A DNA stretch of 62,413 bases, from contig JAVVPN010000006.1 of NCBI GenBank assembly GCA_036655755.1, positions 1 through 62,413 on the forward strand. The letters run 5' to 3'. The translations under genes were made by a program, and so were the position numbers. Source of the stretch: Bacteroidales bacterium (GTDB lineage: Bacteria; Bacteroidota; Bacteroidia; Bacteroidales; JAUNSR01). This document shows, piece by piece, positions 18,675-28,513 of this stretch. Below the pieces are notes generated by a model. The model had not been told where the DNA came from. It made no database searches and worked only from the letters and a program-made list of their open reading frames with translations. Numbering within the stretch: the first letter of the stretch is position 1; the number at the start of each line of letters is the position of its first letter.

Positions 18675-19399
18675 TGAAACGAATCATCATTATAGGAGCC
18701 ACTTCCGGTATTGGACTGGAAGTGGCTAAATTATATGTGGCCAAAGGATGGAAAGTAGGAGTAGCCGGGCGTCGGAATGATGCGTTACTGGAATTTCAGA
18801 CCATCGCTCCCTCGCAAATAGAGATTCAGGCTCTTGATATTACAAACGCGGATGCGTCTGATAAACTGCAGGAATTAATAGAAAAAATGGGCGGAGCTGA
18901 TCTGTTTCTTTTAAGTTCGGGCATCGGCTATCAGAATCCGGCATTGGATCCAACCATTGAACTGAATACGGCAGAAACCAATGTAACCGGATTTATCCGA
19001 ATGATCAATACGATCTATCATTTCTTCAAACAACAGAATAGAGGACATATCGCGGTGATTAGCTCTATCGCCGGTACAAAGGGTCTGGGGATTGCTCCTG
19101 CCTACTCTGCGACAAAACGTTTTCAGAATCATTATATAGAATCTTTATCCCAACTTGCGAATATGACAAAGGCGAATATCCGCTTTACAGATATTCGCCC
19201 CGGTTTTGTAGCTACCGCTATTTTGAAGGACAGATCTTATCCTTTATTAATGACTCCCGAACAGGTGGCCCAATGCATAGTATCTGCACTTGAGCAACAA
19301 AAGAAGGTGGTCATTATTGATTGGCGCTATGCAATTCTTGTTTTTTTCTGGCGATTAATTCCACGATCACTTTGGATAAAGCTGAAAGTAAAAAATTAA
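18674..19399 (+). CDS. SDR family oxidoreductase
   Basis: GATSGIG, SSIAG, YSATK and DIRPGFVAT. Confidence 0.9.
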   Translation: MKRIIIIGATSGIGLEVAKLYVAKGWKVGVAGRRNDALLEFQTIAPSQIEIQALDITNADASDKLQELIEKMGGADLFLLSSGIGYQNPALDPTIELNTAETNVTGFIRMINTIYHFFKQQNRGHIAVISSIAGTKGLGIAPAYSATKRFQNHYIESLSQLANMTKANIRFTDIRPGFVATAILKDRSYPLLMTPEQVAQCIVSALEQQKKVVIIDWRYAILVFFWRLIPRSLWIKLKVKN

Positions 19400-20023
19400 T
19401 TATATAATAAACCAGACTGCTGCAATATGCGATGCCGTACCTCCTAATACAAACAGATGCCAGACGGCATGGTAATATGGGGTACTCGTATCGCGTGAAT
19501 AAAAATAAGTGCCGATCGTATAACTGATTCCTTCTATCAGGATACACCATAATGCGATGGTAGGCATGTTTTGCCAAACCGATTTTGCGATAAAAACAAC
19601 CGACCAACCCATTGTCAGATATATTGCCAATGACAGACGCGGATATTTTCCTAAAAAGAAAATCTTATAAAAAGCTCCGATAAGGGCCATTCCCCACATT
19701 GCAGCGAACACACTCCAGCCTAATACCCCACCAATTGAACATAAAAGGATCGGTGTGTAAGATGCGGCTATCAAAACATAAATATTAATATGATCAAGAT
19801 AGCGCAAAGTCTGTTTCCATTTCCCCGGAAGCGTCCAGTGATAAATGGTAGAGGCCGAATACATCAGTAACATTCCGACAGAAAATATAATCACTCCCAG
19901 CAAACTTTGCCGGGAGGATGTCATCCCTTTCGCAATCAATAATCCTCCCGCTCCAAATGCCACGCCGATTCCGGCTAGGTGAGTAAGCGTATTTGCAATC
20001 TCTTCTTTTGTTTGTTTCAGCAT
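19400..20023 (-). CDS. Hemolysin III / PAQR family membrane protein
   Basis: EEIANTLTH, STIYH, LDHINIYVLIAASYTP, YLTMGW and HAVWHLFVLGG. Confidence 0.92.
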   Translation of the reverse strand: MLKQTKEEIANTLTHLAGIGVAFGAGGLLIAKGMTSSRQSLLGVIIFSVGMLLMYSASTIYHWTLPGKWKQTLRYLDHINIYVLIAASYTPILLCSIGGVLGWSVFAAMWGMALIGAFYKIFFLGKYPRLSLAIYLTMGWSVVFIAKSVWQNMPTIALWCILIEGISYTIGTYFYSRDTSTPYYHAVWHLFVLGGTASHIAAVWFII

Positions 20024-20080
20024 AAGGATAAAATATTTATTGCGTAAAGATAGTTCTTATCAAAAAAAATATGATGCTCC

Positions 20081-21955
20081 TTATCGAATCTCTATCTCAA
20101 TTCTTCCATTTTTAGTCTGAGGAGCTTTCAGATAACCTGTAAAGTTGGTAATCTCAGCCTCTTTCATCCATTCAAAAGCATTTCCTTCTTTATTGAGTAC
20201 ATACACATCTTGCAGAACCTGAGGTTTTAACAAATCACTGCTTGCCTGTAATTTTGTTTTTGCTCCCATGGTTGCCGAAGGTAGATGATTTTCGGCCGAT
20301 AATTGTTGTTTAGGAGCAGTTACAAATGTAACTTCGACCGATTCCTCCTGAGCAGGAAGGCGGAACAGATAAGCCGTATTTGATTTTGGAAGTAATGTTG
20401 ATGAAAGATGTTTCCGGGCTATCTTCTTCGGATTTGCCGACAAGCTTCTTTCATTAAGAGCATATAAATCATATGCTTTCAACTCCTTACCATCTACATA
20501 CATATGCTTGATATCGAAAGGAAATGAAATAATATAGAACTTGTTTGTTTCAAATTCGCGCTTTACCGATATGGTGTCAAAAACCGGTATCGGAGCAGTT
20601 CTGTCTCCAATCAGATCTGCCATTGCATTAGCCTGAATTGTTAGAGATCCGTCAACTCCCTTTAACATACAATTTTCATCGGTAAGGGGATTAAAATTGT
20701 CGGTAATATTTACGTTAATCCAATCTCTGCCATTGGTGAGCTCTTCTATTGAAAAGCGATCATAATCGATATGAAAATCCCAACCGCTCCCGTCAACACG
20801 ACGCTCGGTTAATGCACCGATTGTACGATCGGGCAATATGGTCATCGTAGAATAATCGCCGGTACCTTTACACAATGTCTTTCCGAATTGCCAACTGTCC
20901 GGATTACCCTCTTCATAACTGTAATACACGCATAGATTCTGGCGGTTTCTGTGTTCAAGCGTATTTGCGAATGAAAAAAGCATCCGATCCGTAGCATGCC
21001 CTAATGCAGTAGAAGTAAGCACTTTGATTTCGGCATTATTATTAACGGTTTCTACATCAGTACGCACCTGAGTTTCACCCCAACGATTCGTATCAAACGA
21101 ATAATAATTATATAAGCGGCCTATACGCTGTTGATAAGAAACACGACTGCTGATCATCAATTTCCCATCTGCCAACTCTTCCAGTTTAGCTTCATCGCCA
21201 TCATTGGCCGCACAATTCCCAAGTATCTTCCATGTTTTTCCTAAATCAGAAGATATGTAGGCGTAATTACATGTTCGCTTACCGGTATGCACATACATAG
21301 AGATAGCAAGACGACCATCCCGAAGCTGAAGTAATTTACCTGAAGGAGCAAAAACGGCTTTCCATTCTTTCGGATTTTCGCCATCTACCGTTTGACCACC
21401 CGTATAATTTACACCATAGAACGATTCTGTGATATTTTCCGGTTGTTTCCAGGTCAACCCTCCATCTTCACTCTCTACACGAACAATCTGCAAAACTTCA
21501 GAAGTACCGGGTTTACTCTCACCGATTCCGTACCCATGAGCACACAAAACAATAATTTTATTGCTTGCTTTATCAGCAACGACCACCGGGTCACTGTATG
21601 CATTTTGATTAATCGAAAAAGCTAACGTATTGCTTTGTTCTGAATTTTTTTTTGCAAGACCCATTACCAATGATTCTTCCGACCATGTCAGACCGCCATC
21701 CTTACTTCTTCTGCAGACGATATCAATCTGCTGATCTGAACGAACATCCTGTATAGAACTTCTTCGGTCGGAAAATGCCAGAATAGAGCCATCTTGACAT
21801 GTAATAATAGCAGGAATACGATAAACAGATTGCTGAGAAGTGGTTTCAAACAAGTCGGTTTTCTTTGGATAAGTAATGATTTGATCAGGAGTAGTTGCAA
21901 AACAGCATAATGGAAATAATAACGAAGCGAAGCTTATAGCTTTTTTAGATAACAT
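20081..21955 (-). CDS. GH33 sialidase-family protein, secreted
   Basis: Signal peptide, YRIP and SDRR. Asp-boxes SKDGGLTW, SEDGGLTW and SSDLGKTW. DE...SSR, RQNL and GDYS catalytic positions. Confidence 0.85.
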   Translation of the reverse strand: MLSKKAISFASLLFPLCCFATTPDQIITYPKKTDLFETTSQQSVYRIPAIITCQDGSILAFSDRRSSIQDVRSDQQIDIVCRRSKDGGLTWSEESLVMGLAKKNSEQSNTLAFSINQNAYSDPVVVADKASNKIIVLCAHGYGIGESKPGTSEVLQIVRVESEDGGLTWKQPENITESFYGVNYTGGQTVDGENPKEWKAVFAPSGKLLQLRDGRLAISMYVHTGKRTCNYAYISSDLGKTWKILGNCAANDGDEAKLEELADGKLMISSRVSYQQRIGRLYNYYSFDTNRWGETQVRTDVETVNNNAEIKVLTSTALGHATDRMLFSFANTLEHRNRQNLCVYYSYEEGNPDSWQFGKTLCKGTGDYSTMTILPDRTIGALTERRVDGSGWDFHIDYDRFSIEELTNGRDWINVNITDNFNPLTDENCMLKGVDGSLTIQANAMADLIGDRTAPIPVFDTISVKREFETNKFYIISFPFDIKHMYVDGKELKAYDLYALNERSLSANPKKIARKHLSSTLLPKSNTAYLFRLPAQEESVEVTFVTAPKQQLSAENHLPSATMGAKTKLQASSDLLKPQVLQDVYVLNKEGNAFEWMKEAEITNFTGYLKAPQTKNGRIEIEIR

Positions 21956-22090
21956 GCTTTTCTTAAGTTAAGGATTTGAAAAGGCTAAAATAAAAGTTTG
22001 TTTTAAAATAACAGAGCTAAACGACCATTAAATCGTATAAATTAACAAAATAATATTTATTATTCTCCCCTTTCGTTAGCGGTAAAGGCA

Positions 22091-22134
22091 TAAAAAAACT
22101 GCTCTGTATCTCATTTTTGACACAGAGCAGTTTT
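22091..22134 (-). terminator. Intrinsic terminator of the M13 peptidase gene
   Basis: AAAACTGCTCTGT / ACAGAGCAGTTTT with a T tail on the minus strand. Confidence 0.85.
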
Positions 22135-22156
22135 CCGTTTATTCAAACAATATTTA

Positions 22157-24205
22157 TTACCAAATAACCACGCGCTCTTGTGGAGCCCGATACATGGAAT
22201 CGGTTGGCTGAATATTGAATGCCTCATAGAAAGATTCGATATTCGGCAACGTACCGTTTACACGCCAGCGGCCCAATGAGTGCGGATCGATTTTTGTAAG
22301 ACGAAGAATTTCTTCATCGCGGATATTACCGGCCCAAAGGGTAGCATATGCCAGATAGAAACGTTGTGGGTTGGTAAAACCATCGATCATGGCGTTTTGT
22401 GTACCATTTTCGGCCAATGCTTTCTCTAATGCCTGATAAGCGATTACCAGACCACCCTGATCGGCAATATTTTCTCCCAACGTAAAACTTCCGTTGGCAT
22501 GCGTATCGCCCAATACACGGATACTATCAAACTGATTTACAAGAACCTGCGTTTTTTCGCCAAATTTAGCGGCATCTTCCGCGCTCCACCAATCGTTGAT
22601 ATTTCCATTTTTATCAAACTGACGACCCATATCATCGAATCCGTGTGTCATTTCATGTCCGATTACCACGCCGATAGCACCATAATTTACAGCATCGTCG
22701 GCATTCAGATAGAAAAATGGAGGCTGCAGGATGCCGGCAGGGAAACAAATTTCGTTGGACGACGGATTATAATATGCATTCACCGTTTGAGGACTCATAT
22801 GCCATTTGGCTTTATCAACCGGTTTTTCATTTTGTTCGATCATATAGTCCCAATCGAATTCATTCGATTTAACCACAGATGTCCAATAAGCATCTGCCGG
22901 ATTGATCCCCAGCTTTGAATAATCGCGCCATTTGTCAGGATAACCGATTTTAACGGTGAAAGCATTCAGTTTGTCGATTGCCGCCGATTTTGTCGAATCA
23001 CTCATCCACGCAAGGGTCTGAATACGTTCACCTAAAGAACCCTGCAAATTGCTTACAAGTTTAAGCATACGCGCTTTTGCTTCGGCAGGGAAATATTTTT
23101 CGACATACATTTGTCCTACCGCTTCTCCCAAGGCCCCATCCGTTGTTGCCAACGAACGTTTCCAGCGAGGCTGTTGCTCTTGTTTTCCCGATAATGTTTT
23201 TCCGTAGAAATCGAAATCGGCATCTGAAAATGCATCGCTCAAATAAGGAGCAGCCACATTGATTGCATTGAAGGCAAGATATTCTTGTAGCTGATCAACA
23301 GGAGTAGCATTGATAACCGCAACCATTTTCTTAAGAAATGGCACCTGCCCTACGCTGATCTCTTTTGCACCCGACAGACCGGCAGCCTGCAAATACTGAT
23401 CCCAGTCGATACCACTGAAATCCGATTTAAGCTGAGCGATACTCATCTTATTGTAATTACGGTTCGGATCGCGCAAATCAACTTGCGAATAAGAGTCCTG
23501 AGCCAATGCTGTTTCGAGTGCCAAAATATCATTGGCTGCTTTTTTTGCTTCTTCCGGAGATTTGCCGGCAAGCGTAAACAATTTCTCTATATATTGAAGA
23601 TAAGCGGCACGGATTTGCTGCATATTTTCATCTCCTTCAAGATAATAATCGCGCTCTTCCATCCCTAAACCACCCTGATAGGTCTGAAGCAAATTGATTG
23701 TACTGTTCTTCGGATCGGCATCTACATACGCATGAAAGAAAGCAGGAATACCTTGACGGTGCATTTTACCAAGCAGCGCTCCTAACTGCGATTTATCCTG
23801 AAGCTGTGCTATTGCATCCAATTGGGGTTGTAACGGTTGTAATCCCTCATTATTAAGACGGCTACTGTCTAACCCTGCATTGTAAAGATCTCCGATTTTC
23901 TGAGCAACCGATCCCATAGGATGTTTTTCTTTTCCCAAATCAGTAACAAGTTGACGTAACTGTTCACGGTTGTTTTCGCGCAGCTGATCAAACGATCCGA
24001 AACGAGCATACTCCGGTTTCAAAGGGTTTGCTTTCTGCCAACCTCCGGTAGCATAATCGTAGAAATCGTCACCGGGACGTACAGTTGTATCCAGGTTAGC
24101 CTGATCGATACCGCTGCCATTCGTTTGTACGGCGCGGGCCGCACATCCGGTAGTAGCCAATGCTCCGATCATTAAGGGTAAGTAAATCAATGTTTTCATT
24201 TGCAT
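22157..24205 (-). CDS. pepO: M13 family (PepO/neprilysin-like) zinc endopeptidase, lipoprotein
   Basis: Lipobox TTGC; VNAYY, GHEMTHGFD, GENIAD and DPHS..RWRVN. Confidence 0.92.
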   Translation of the reverse strand: MQMKTLIYLPLMIGALATTGCAARAVQTNGSGIDQANLDTTVRPGDDFYDYATGGWQKANPLKPEYARFGSFDQLRENNREQLRQLVTDLGKEKHPMGSVAQKIGDLYNAGLDSSRLNNEGLQPLQPQLDAIAQLQDKSQLGALLGKMHRQGIPAFFHAYVDADPKNSTINLLQTYQGGLGMEERDYYLEGDENMQQIRAAYLQYIEKLFTLAGKSPEEAKKAANDILALETALAQDSYSQVDLRDPNRNYNKMSIAQLKSDFSGIDWDQYLQAAGLSGAKEISVGQVPFLKKMVAVINATPVDQLQEYLAFNAINVAAPYLSDAFSDADFDFYGKTLSGKQEQQPRWKRSLATTDGALGEAVGQMYVEKYFPAEAKARMLKLVSNLQGSLGERIQTLAWMSDSTKSAAIDKLNAFTVKIGYPDKWRDYSKLGINPADAYWTSVVKSNEFDWDYMIEQNEKPVDKAKWHMSPQTVNAYYNPSSNEICFPAGILQPPFFYLNADDAVNYGAIGVVIGHEMTHGFDDMGRQFDKNGNINDWWSAEDAAKFGEKTQVLVNQFDSIRVLGDTHANGSFTLGENIADQGGLVIAYQALEKALAENGTQNAMIDGFTNPQRFYLAYATLWAGNIRDEEILRLTKIDPHSLGRWRVNGTLPNIESFYEAFNIQPTDSMYRAPQERVVIW

Positions 24206-24220
24206 TTATTTTTTGTGTAT

Positions 24221-24245
24221 AACATCATAACTGCGACTGAAGTTC
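24221..24245 (-). promoter_or_regulatory. Putative ECF-type promoter GAAC-N17-TGTT
   Basis: Minus strand GAACttcagtcgcagttatgaTGTT, overlapping the ABC-F 3' end just upstream of pepO. Confidence 0.5.
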
Positions 24246-26159
24246 TTCGAGTGCCATAGTATGCTCCATCCATTGATCGGTTGCAGCATCCAGTTCTCGC
24301 TTCAGATTACCGTGCTCTTCATAAAGCGCCACATCCGAGGCACCTTCGGGGGTTGCCAATTTCGCTTCGACGCCGGCTACTTTTTCTTCGATACGTGCAA
24401 TAGCCTTCTCTGAATCAGCGACAAGGCGCTCAATCTTACGAATCTCTTTTTGCACTTCGCGGCGAGCCTCATACGAAAGTTTACCCTCTGACTTTTGCTC
24501 TGGTTCAGCACTTTTTTCTTCGCATTTCTTACGTTCAAGTTCACGCAAGGTATCCATTTTTTTCTTTTCAAGAAACTCATAAATACCGCCAAGATGCTCT
24601 ACTACGCGCTGATTGCCAAATTCGTAAACCTTATCGACCAAACCATCCAGAAACTCTCGATCATGCGAAACGACGATTACCGTACCATCAAACTCTTTGA
24701 TAGCTTGTTTCAAGACATCTTTCGAGCGCATATCCAGGTGATTGGTAGGCTCATCGAGGATAAGCAGATTTACCGGTTCGAGTAATAAGCGAATCATAGC
24801 CAGTCGCGAACGTTCTCCTCCCGACAGGACTTTTACTTTTTTATCGGAGGCTTCACCACCAAACATGAAAGCACCCAAAATATCTCGTATTTTAGTTCGG
24901 ATATCACCGGTTGCTACACGGTCGATGGTATCAAACACGGTAGTTTCGCCATCAAGCATTTGCGCCTGGTTCTGTGCAAAATAACCGATTTTCACATTGT
25001 GACCCAGTTTCAATTCACCATCAAACGGAATTTCGTTCATGATACATTTAACCAGAGTCGATTTACCCTCGCCGTTCTTTCCGACAAAAGCAACTTTTTC
25101 ACCTCGACGGATGCGGAAAGTGGCATCTTTAAAGATAAGCTGATCACCATAACTTTTGGCTACATTTTCGGCTATTACCGGAAAATCACCTGAACGGGGA
25201 GCTGGTGGAAATTTGAGACTCAGACGGGAATTGTCGAGTTCATCTACCTCAACACGATCAAGCTTTTCGAGCTGTTTGATACGACTCTGCACCTGTACGG
25301 CTTTGGTCGCTTTGTAACGGAATCGCTCAATAAAATCTTCGGTGTCGGCAATTTGTTTTTGCTGATTTTCGAATGCTCGCTTTTGTTGCTCTAAACGTTC
25401 TTCACGAAGCACTACATATTTCGAGTAATTTACTTTATAGTCGTAGATGCGACCCAACGAAATTTCGATGGTACGGGTAGTTACATTATCGATGAACGCA
25501 CGGTCGTGCGACACCAATACTACCGCATTTGCACGGGTAGAGAGAAACGATTCGAGCCATTGGATTGATTCGATATCGAGGTGATTGGTGGGCTCATCGA
25601 GCAATAATACGTCGGGATGCTGTAGCAAAAGTTTTGCCAATTCGATACGCATACGCCATCCTCCGCTGAATTCTGATGTAGGCCGATCAAAATCAGATCG
25701 TTTAAATCCGAGTCCCATCAGGGTTTTCTCTATATCCCCCTGAAAGCTATTCCCCCCCATCATGGTCAGCTCTTCGTTTGCATGCGTCAGACACTCAATC
25801 AGATCATGATACGATTGAGATTCATAGTCGGTACGTTCCGCCAGCTCCTGCGTCATGTTGGCAATGCGCTGTTCGAGTTTAAAGATATGCTCAAAAGCAG
25901 TTTCAGCCTCTTCACGTACAGTCCGCGAATCATCATGCACCATTTGCTGTGGCAGATAGCCGATCGTAATTTCACGCGGAGCACTCACTCGGCCATGTGT
26001 AGGTTCTTGCAGACCGGCAATAATTTTCAACATCGTTGATTTGCCGGCACCATTTTTACCGACAAGAGCAATGCGGTCTTTCTTATTGATTACGTAGGTA
26101 ATATCGTCAAACAAGGGTGTTCCGCCAAACTCGACGGTTAAGCCTTCAATAGAGATCAT
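24225..26159 (-). CDS. ABC-F family ribosome-associated ATPase
   Basis: Start MISIEGL at 26159. Two ABC cassettes (GKNGAGKST, FSGGW, LDEPTNHLD; GKNGEGKST, LSGGE), no TM segments, C-terminal coiled coil. TACTTTTG box at 26240-26247. Confidence 0.93.
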   Translation of the reverse strand: MISIEGLTVEFGGTPLFDDITYVINKKDRIALVGKNGAGKSTMLKIIAGLQEPTHGRVSAPREITIGYLPQQMVHDDSRTVREEAETAFEHIFKLEQRIANMTQELAERTDYESQSYHDLIECLTHANEELTMMGGNSFQGDIEKTLMGLGFKRSDFDRPTSEFSGGWRMRIELAKLLLQHPDVLLLDEPTNHLDIESIQWLESFLSTRANAVVLVSHDRAFIDNVTTRTIEISLGRIYDYKVNYSKYVVLREERLEQQKRAFENQQKQIADTEDFIERFRYKATKAVQVQSRIKQLEKLDRVEVDELDNSRLSLKFPPAPRSGDFPVIAENVAKSYGDQLIFKDATFRIRRGEKVAFVGKNGEGKSTLVKCIMNEIPFDGELKLGHNVKIGYFAQNQAQMLDGETTVFDTIDRVATGDIRTKIRDILGAFMFGGEASDKKVKVLSGGERSRLAMIRLLLEPVNLLILDEPTNHLDMRSKDVLKQAIKEFDGTVIVVSHDREFLDGLVDKVYEFGNQRVVEHLGGIYEFLEKKKMDTLRELERKKCEEKSAEPEQKSEGKLSYEARREVQKEIRKIERLVADSEKAIARIEEKVAGVEAKLATPEGASDVALYEEHGNLKRELDAATDQWMEHTMALEELQSQL

Positions 26160-26258
26160 AAGTCGTTTATGTAAGTAATAATACACAGACAAGCATGTTT
26201 CCGGTATAATCAGCCGTGAAACATGCTTGTTTCTGTTTACAAAAGTAAAAAACTTTTC

Positions 26259-27206
26259 TTATAATGGGTATTCATCAAAGGCATAAAGCACCGTTGAAAG
26301 ATAACGTTCGCCCGTATCAGGAAGCAAAGCCACAATTGTTTTGCCTTCATTTTCGGGCAAACGGGCCAATTCGGTAGCGGCAAAAGCAGCGGCCCCCGAA
26401 GAGATACCAACCAACAAACCTTCCGTTTGTGCCAACTGGCGACTCGTACGGATAGCCTGATCATTTTCAACTTTAAAGATCAGATCAACCACATCCGAAT
26501 CGTAATTCTGCGGAATAAATCCTGCACCGATACCCTGAATCTTATGCGGCCCTGGTGCTTCGCCCGATAACACAGCCGAATCCGTCGGTTCAACCGCTAC
26601 GATACGGATATCCGGATTAAGCTCTTTCAGTCGCGATCCGACACCACTTACGGTACCCCCCGTGCCTACTCCCGCTACAAAAATATCAATCTTGCCGGAT
26701 GTGTCACTCCAGATCTCTTCTGCCGTGGTAGCCCGGTGTTTGGCAGGATTAGCCGGATTATTAAACTGCTGAAGAATAATTGACCCCGGAATCTCCTCTT
26801 TCAGCTCTTCCGCCTTAGCTATTGAGCCTTTCATACCTGTAGCCCCGGGTGTAAGCACCAGCTGTGCTCCCAATGCTTTCAGAAGATTACGCCGCTCCAT
26901 ACTCATCGTCTCGGGCATTGTCAGAATCAGTTTATAACCGCGCGAAGCGGCCACGAAAGCCAATCCCACGCCCGTATTACCACTGGTAGGTTCGATAATC
27001 GTACTCCCCTCTTTAAGCAATCCTTTCTGCTCGGCATCTTCAATCATTGCAAGTGCTACTCGGTCTTTCACACTGCCCGCAGGATTAAAATATTCAAGTT
27101 TTAATAATACCCGGGCTGCTAAATTTTCTTGTTCAATATATCTTGCAGGCTCTAATAAAGGGGTATTTCCCACTAATTCAGTAAGGCTCTTTACAATTTT
27201 ACGCAT
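26259..27206 (-). CDS. cysK: Cysteine synthase A
   Basis: NPAGSVKDR (PLP Lys), [25 protein letters not shown] and [10 protein letters not shown]. Confidence 0.96.
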   Translation of the reverse strand: MRKIVKSLTELVGNTPLLEPARYIEQENLAARVLLKLEYFNPAGSVKDRVALAMIEDAEQKGLLKEGSTIIEPTSGNTGVGLAFVAASRGYKLILTMPETMSMERRNLLKALGAQLVLTPGATGMKGSIAKAEELKEEIPGSIILQQFNNPANPAKHRATTAEEIWSDTSGKIDIFVAGVGTGGTVSGVGSRLKELNPDIRIVAVEPTDSAVLSGEAPGPHKIQGIGAGFIPQNYDSDVVDLIFKVENDQAIRTSRQLAQTEGLLVGISSGAAAFAATELARLPENEGKTIVALLPDTGERYLSTVLYAFDEYPL

Positions 27207-27220
27207 AATTTTTTCTCAGG

Positions 27221-27937
27221 TTAAACTTTAATATCCATCAGGATCAGATGAGAAGTTTCTTCGCCACCTCCCTGAATTGCAATTACATCTACAGGATCAT
27301 CTTGCTGAATGATCTCCGCAAAATCGCCCTTAATATACACATGTTTTTCGATTCGCCCCTCTCCATTAACTACATATATTCCAACTTTTCGTCCGGCAAA
27401 CAAGTCGTAACGATAAACCGTATCCGGAGGCAAAATTAATTCGGTAATTCTCAACCCATTGATATGTGAAACCGGGGCATCGTCACCAAACAACTGACGC
27501 TCTATCACATCATTTACAATCTTCATGGGAAACTGGGCCGCATTAATTTTTAAAAAATCGGGCTCTTCTGTTCCTTTTAAAACTCCCTCCTCTGCAAACC
27601 AGAATTCAAAACCTTTAAAGTCGGGAGCTATATGCTTTACAACAGGGCTATTGGTAGCACCGGTCTGCATGATTACCATGTCATTTTCATGTATTCGCGA
27701 ATAATTTCCGATACGATCGCCGGTAATATGTCCCTGAGTCAAAACATAAATGTAAAAATCCATGGCCCCATTGCGATGAGTCGGGAAATAGATATCCTCT
27801 GTTACATAAGCCCATGACAAATAGCCGAACATTCCGGCATGGATAGTCGCCTCTTTTTGTTCTTTATCCGGATGATCTGATGCATGTAAATTCTGAGATG
27901 CCTGTTGGTAAGCCGGAATAACCTGAACTTTCATCAT
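27221..27937 (-). CDS. Divergent pirin-like bicupin
   Basis: FPTHRNGAMD..YVL...GDRIGN...MQTG...GFEFW aligns to the pirin N-domain, with most metal ligands lost. Confidence 0.65.
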   Translation of the reverse strand: MMKVQVIPAYQQASQNLHASDHPDKEQKEATIHAGMFGYLSWAYVTEDIYFPTHRNGAMDFYIYVLTQGHITGDRIGNYSRIHENDMVIMQTGATNSPVVKHIAPDFKGFEFWFAEEGVLKGTEEPDFLKINAAQFPMKIVNDVIERQLFGDDAPVSHINGLRITELILPPDTVYRYDLFAGRKVGIYVVNGEGRIEKHVYIKGDFAEIIQQDDPVDVIAIQGGGEETSHLILMDIKV

Positions 27938-27972
27938 AATCGCATTAATTTATAGGTGGTTATATAACTTAA

Positions 27973-27997
27973 AACACTTGATCTGTTCGGAGAGTTT
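27973..27997 (-). promoter_or_regulatory. Putative ECF-type promoter AAAC-N17-TGTT
   Basis: Minus strand AAACtctccgaacagatcaagTGTT, upstream of the pirin-like/cysK pair. Confidence 0.45.
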
Positions 27998-28021
27998 TTT
28001 AACATGTAAATTATAGCAAAA

Positions 28022-28049
28022 AAGAGGACGAAAATTAATTCGCCCTCTT
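28022..28049 (-). terminator. Terminator of the metal-uptake cluster
   Basis: AAGAGGACGAA / TTCGCCCTCTT hairpin with a T run on the minus strand. Confidence 0.65.
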
Positions 28050-28090
28050 CATTGTAATTTAGTATATCGCCTTAAATGATATTTTGAGTA

Positions 28091-28453
28091 TTAATGCTTA
28101 TGTTCTGATTTATGATCGTGCGAACAGTTTTCATGCGTCGCAGGAGCCTTTTCTCCTTCCGGAATAACGACTGCCTCTTTTCCGATTTTTTTGAAAGCAT
28201 CAATCAAAATTGAATCGTTCGTTTTACTTGTCTTGTAAGTAACTTCAACAGTCTGTGTTTTCAAATCACACTTCAGATCAGTTACTCCTTTTTCCCACGG
28301 AATATTTTTTTCGATGGTGTTTACACAACTTTGGCAATCCATTTCAACATGGAACGTTGTTTTTTTCTGTCCTTTTTTCTGCGCCATGGCAGGCACAATT
28401 GTTAGAAAACATACGAACAGAATACTGATAAGACGAAAATAAGTTGATTTCAT
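28091..28453 (-). CDS. Exported heavy-metal-associated (HMA) domain protein with His-rich tail
   Basis: Signal peptide, MDCQSC metal loop, tail HENCSHDHKSEHKH. Confidence 0.9.
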   Translation of the reverse strand: MKSTYFRLISILFVCFLTIVPAMAQKKGQKKTTFHVEMDCQSCVNTIEKNIPWEKGVTDLKCDLKTQTVEVTYKTSKTNDSILIDAFKKIGKEAVVIPEGEKAPATHENCSHDHKSEHKH

Positions 28454-28513
28454 ATATGTATAATATTTAATTGATTAGTTGTTTATTGTTTAACATCTAC
28501 GTCTTTTAGCGAA

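Noticed and set aside
19400-20023. Hemolysin III as a virulence toxin
   Set aside because: This PAQR-family membrane protein is widespread in non-pathogens; the name is not evidence of toxin function.
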